This document shows positions 59,532 to 64,000 of a DNA stretch of 64,000 bases, piece by piece. The position numbers and the translations under genes are program-made. Each line of letters starts with the position of its first letter. The stretch's first letter is position 1. The notes under the pieces are model-generated. The model did not search any database. It saw only the letters and a program-made list of their open reading frames with translations, and had not been told where the DNA came from. Source of the DNA: Eledone cirrhosa (taxonomy: Eukaryota); the NCBI GenBank assembly GCA_964016885.1, contig OZ024751.1, forward strand, positions 1,364,001 to 1,428,000, read 5' to 3'.

Positions 59532-59929
59532 GCTTCTTCTTTACTCATTACGCCTTTCACTCACTACCAATATCATCACCTTATGAACACATACTTTATA
59601 CCAATATATACATTTTCTCCCTCATCTTTTTCTATATATTTTTTATTTTTTTCATTTGACTTATACCCCCCCCCCCCCCCATATTTTCTACCATACCTTT
59701 AACACATACACACCCACCACCTTCATCCTTTACACAGATCACCTTTTAACTATATACCCTTATCCAGATCTCATCACAAATATTCACTCTCTACTACAAC
59801 TTTTACACCCCTTTTCTCCCTTACCTGTTCATATATAATGTTTATATTATTTGATCTCAGTTTTACTCCCCTTGTCCTTACTTACCCACTAATTTTTTTA
59901 AGTGTACTCACATAACGTTGTATGTGGGC

Positions 59930-60965
<1,036 letters not shown>

Positions 60966-61007
60966 TTGTTTATTTTAAAGTTGTTTTTACCCCCCCCCCC
61001 CCATCCT

Positions 61008-62045
61008 TGTACTAGACACAGAGCTCTGGTTAGAAACCATTAATAACAAAAAACAAATCCTCCATTCCCATTATGCCAAACCCATGACTTCCAAATATCT
61101 GATCCACCGAAACTCAGCTGTTTCGGATCACACCGAAATCAACATACTGATTGTGGATTTAGTACGGGTGATGAGAAACGTGTCCCGCATGTGCAAACCC
61201 AAAGAACTAGAGAGACACATACAACACTTCATCCACCGTATGCAGTTCTCTGGTTACAATCAGAGAGATAAAATCAGAGTATATAGAGGAGCCAGAACCA
61301 AATGGGAAAAAATGGTAAATAATGATACAAATGGGACTTGCCCCTTGTATAGGAGCAAGTTTTGGAATAGAATAGAAAGAACTAGGAATAAGGTTAATAG
61401 AATAAACTCATGGTATGATAGCAATAAATACCAGAGTGTAATGTTCATCAATACCACCCCTAGATGTGAACTAGCTTACAAATTTAGAAGGGCCCTAGAT
61501 AAATTTAAACTAAATATTAAGATATTAAGATAAATCTACACACAGAAAAGACGCAATGTTTAGACAAATCACAGAGGCAATAAACATAAATGAACTCCAA
61601 CCAAAATTAAATAGAAAACATGAATGGAATAGCAACATCACAACTTACAATTAAGGACAAAATGAAAACAGACACTGATAGAATAAACAACCAACTAGTA
61701 ACATGTAAATAAACAAATAAATAAACAAATAAAAACACACACAGACACCCGGATGTAACACATGCGCAAACTAAGCACACAACACACACAAAAACAAGAT
61801 GGCGTCGGACAGCACAAAGGAGAGGCACAAAACAAAGAAAAGAATCCCCAGTCACTGAAGAGGTCACAGAATGTGTGACGAAAGAACTTTGACAATATAT
61901 GAACAACCGTCCGGTTGTGGAACCAACCAACCAACCGGAAATTTATAAATTTTTTAATTTATAATTTAATTTATAATAAATTGGAGTGAAAGCAACTGGT
62001 GTCTGTGTTTCTTATTGGCAACGTCACCCTCCCAAAGCATAACAA
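61008..62045 (+). mobile_element. Truncated, internally deleted copy of the 42-44 kb PLE with 3' pLTR and hammerhead-like motif (61851-61893)
   Basis: ORF 61084..61533 is nearly identical to the 43 kb protein; jumps at about 61530 past most of the GIY-YIG domain; pLTR matches 44186-44480. Confidence 0.9.
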
Positions 62046-62627
62046 AATATATATATATATATACATATACATGTGTGTGTGTCTGTTTGTGTGTGTGTGT
62101 GTGTGTCTGTGTATGTATGTGTATATATATGTGTATATATGTATGTGTGTGCGTGTATGCATGTATATATGTGTGTATGGGTGTGTATGTGTACGTGTGT
62201 GCGTGTATATATATATATATTCATATATATGTACACGTGCGCGTATGTATAGAGCTTTTTGTTTTTGTGTTTTTGTTTTTGTATGTTTGTATGTATTTAT
62301 GTGTGTATACACTCCCCATTTTTATATGTGTGTATTTGTGTGTAAATATTTGAGTGCATATATATCTGTGTATATGTATGTGTATGTATTTATGTTCCTG
62401 TTCGTTTTTCTATGTAGACGCAAATACGTTTATGTGAGAAAGTATACGTCTACGTAATATTACGTATATGCGCGTGGTTGAGTGTGTGTATGTTTTTTTT
62501 TCTGGATATTTATTTTTATTTATATATTTTTTTCCCCTATTTCCTTTCTGCCCGTTTTTTCAGCCTCACTTTCACATTTCCTAAATTTTGTTTTCAAATC
62601 CATATTTAATAAAAACATCATGTTATT

Positions 62628-62692
62628 TATTCATTCTGACGACTGACGACAGACACAACACCTGCCTTCAAGAAACCACTGTTAAATGAATA
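62628..62692 (+). ncRNA. Degenerate type-I hammerhead-like motif
   Basis: Stem I tattcatt/aatgaata, CTGACGA, mismatched stem II, GAAA-ccactg-TTA. Confidence 0.5.
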
Positions 62693-62847
62693 GTTATTTT
62701 TTGTTGTTTATTACATAACTAATAAGCTCTGTAGCCTACATAGTACACTCTTTTTTCCTGTAACTTTCTGACGGCAATACTTCATTTATATATATATATA
62801 ATTCAATGATATTAAATAAATGGAAACTATATTTATAAAATCATATT

Positions 62848-62910
62848 TATTTTATTATATATATTTCAAGGGTACCAAGACAGATTGGTACGCTTTCATC
62901 AGATAAAATA
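62848..62910 (-). ncRNA. Minimal type-I hammerhead ribozyme
   Basis: Minus: tattttat-CTGATGA-aag c gtaccaa tctgtc ttggtac c ctt-GAAA-tatata-TA-ataaaata; all three stems intact, palindromic stem III ATATATAT. Confidence 0.85.
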
Positions 62911-63608
62911 CAAAGTTTGTTTTGTAAATAGAGACATACCCATGCAAATCATACCTTATCAGTTGGATATTCACTGGATAGTGGAAATATATTAGGGATT
63001 TTTCAAACTTATGTGTGAATATGCAAATGAATATGTAAATAATTGAAAAACAACCGTTTAGTTAAACGACTATGGAGAGAGAGAGAGAAGAGATAAGAGG
63101 AGAGGATAAAATAGTGCGAGAGAGAGAGAGAGCGAGAAGGAAAGAAACAAGAGAAGATGAATAAAAACTCATATAACGTTAATTTGAGGGAAATATATTC
63201 TAGGTATATATCTTAATAGTACGTGTATTTTACGATTATTAGTTGTTTAGAATTTGTTTATAATATAATATTTTTCTTCTGTTATAAGTAGATAAATAAA
63301 TACATAAATACATAAATAAATAAATAAATAAATAAATAATTGCGTATATCATGTTATAGATAATTGTTCTAATGAGTTATGAGGGGTATTGGTTTTGTAT
63401 TTAATGTAAATAAATATTAAGTTAAATTAAATTAAATTAACTGAGTTAATAAGAATATTTATATTTATATGATTTAAAATGGAAAGATACGGAAAAAACT
63501 CCGGTTTAATTTATTTATTCGTTAGTGTGAGACTATTTAGTTAAAATAAGTATAGATGTTGAAAGATACATTTCGCCAGAATCAGTTAGTGGTTATAAAT
63601 CTATTTCA

Positions 63609-63676
63609 AAATATTGAACAAATATTGATAAAGTATTGAAAAAATATTGAAAAAGTATTGAAAAAATATTGAAAAA
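63609..63676. repeat. 11-bp tandem repeat (aaatattgaaa) x6
   Basis: Direct reading. Confidence 0.8.
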
Positions 63677-64000
63677 TTTGAGAGTTTAAAAAATAAATAA
63701 TTTATAAGAGATAAGTAATTTTTAAAGAAATAAAAATTAAAGAAATAAAAATAAAGAAATACAAATTATATATAAAAAAAAAAAAAAAAAGATTAGAATT
63801 ATATACGTATATATTTTATGAATCTTTAAGAAGTGGAATTACAGCAAATGTTATGGATATTATGATTTAGAGATATCAATATATTAAAACCAAGTGGATG
63901 AGATTGTTATGGAAATTAATAGGAATATTATAAGTATATTTATAAGTTATATATAGTTCTGAATGTTAAATTCTGGCGATGTCTACAAGAATTAAATAAA

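Overview
Eukaryotic, AT- and microsatellite-rich DNA. The SINE types, microsatellite load and Penelope content suggest a cephalopod (octopus-like) genome, but this is inference. No intact host protein gene can be supported. Layout: (1) a 5'-truncated, frameshifted Tx1/L1-clade LINE sitting in a (CTA)n microsatellite (776-5316); (2) a 27-kb CCA/TTA/ACA triplet-phased array (about 5757-33007) that reads as Gly-Gly-Asn/Val/Asp on the minus strand and has higher-order duplications and inherited frame slips; (3) a non-autonomous LTR element (33902-35917) and several SINEs; (4) from about 39 to 63 kb, a dense cluster of Penelope-like retroelement (PLE) remnants of two clades, a CRE-like endonuclease fragment, an RTE 3' end, MITEs, and many nested long palindromes. 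The best-supported unusual signal is a set of minimal type-I hammerhead ribozyme motifs with covarying stems. One family lies in PLE pseudo-LTRs. Another lies in small non-coding elements, mostly palindromic so that a ribozyme is present on both strands.
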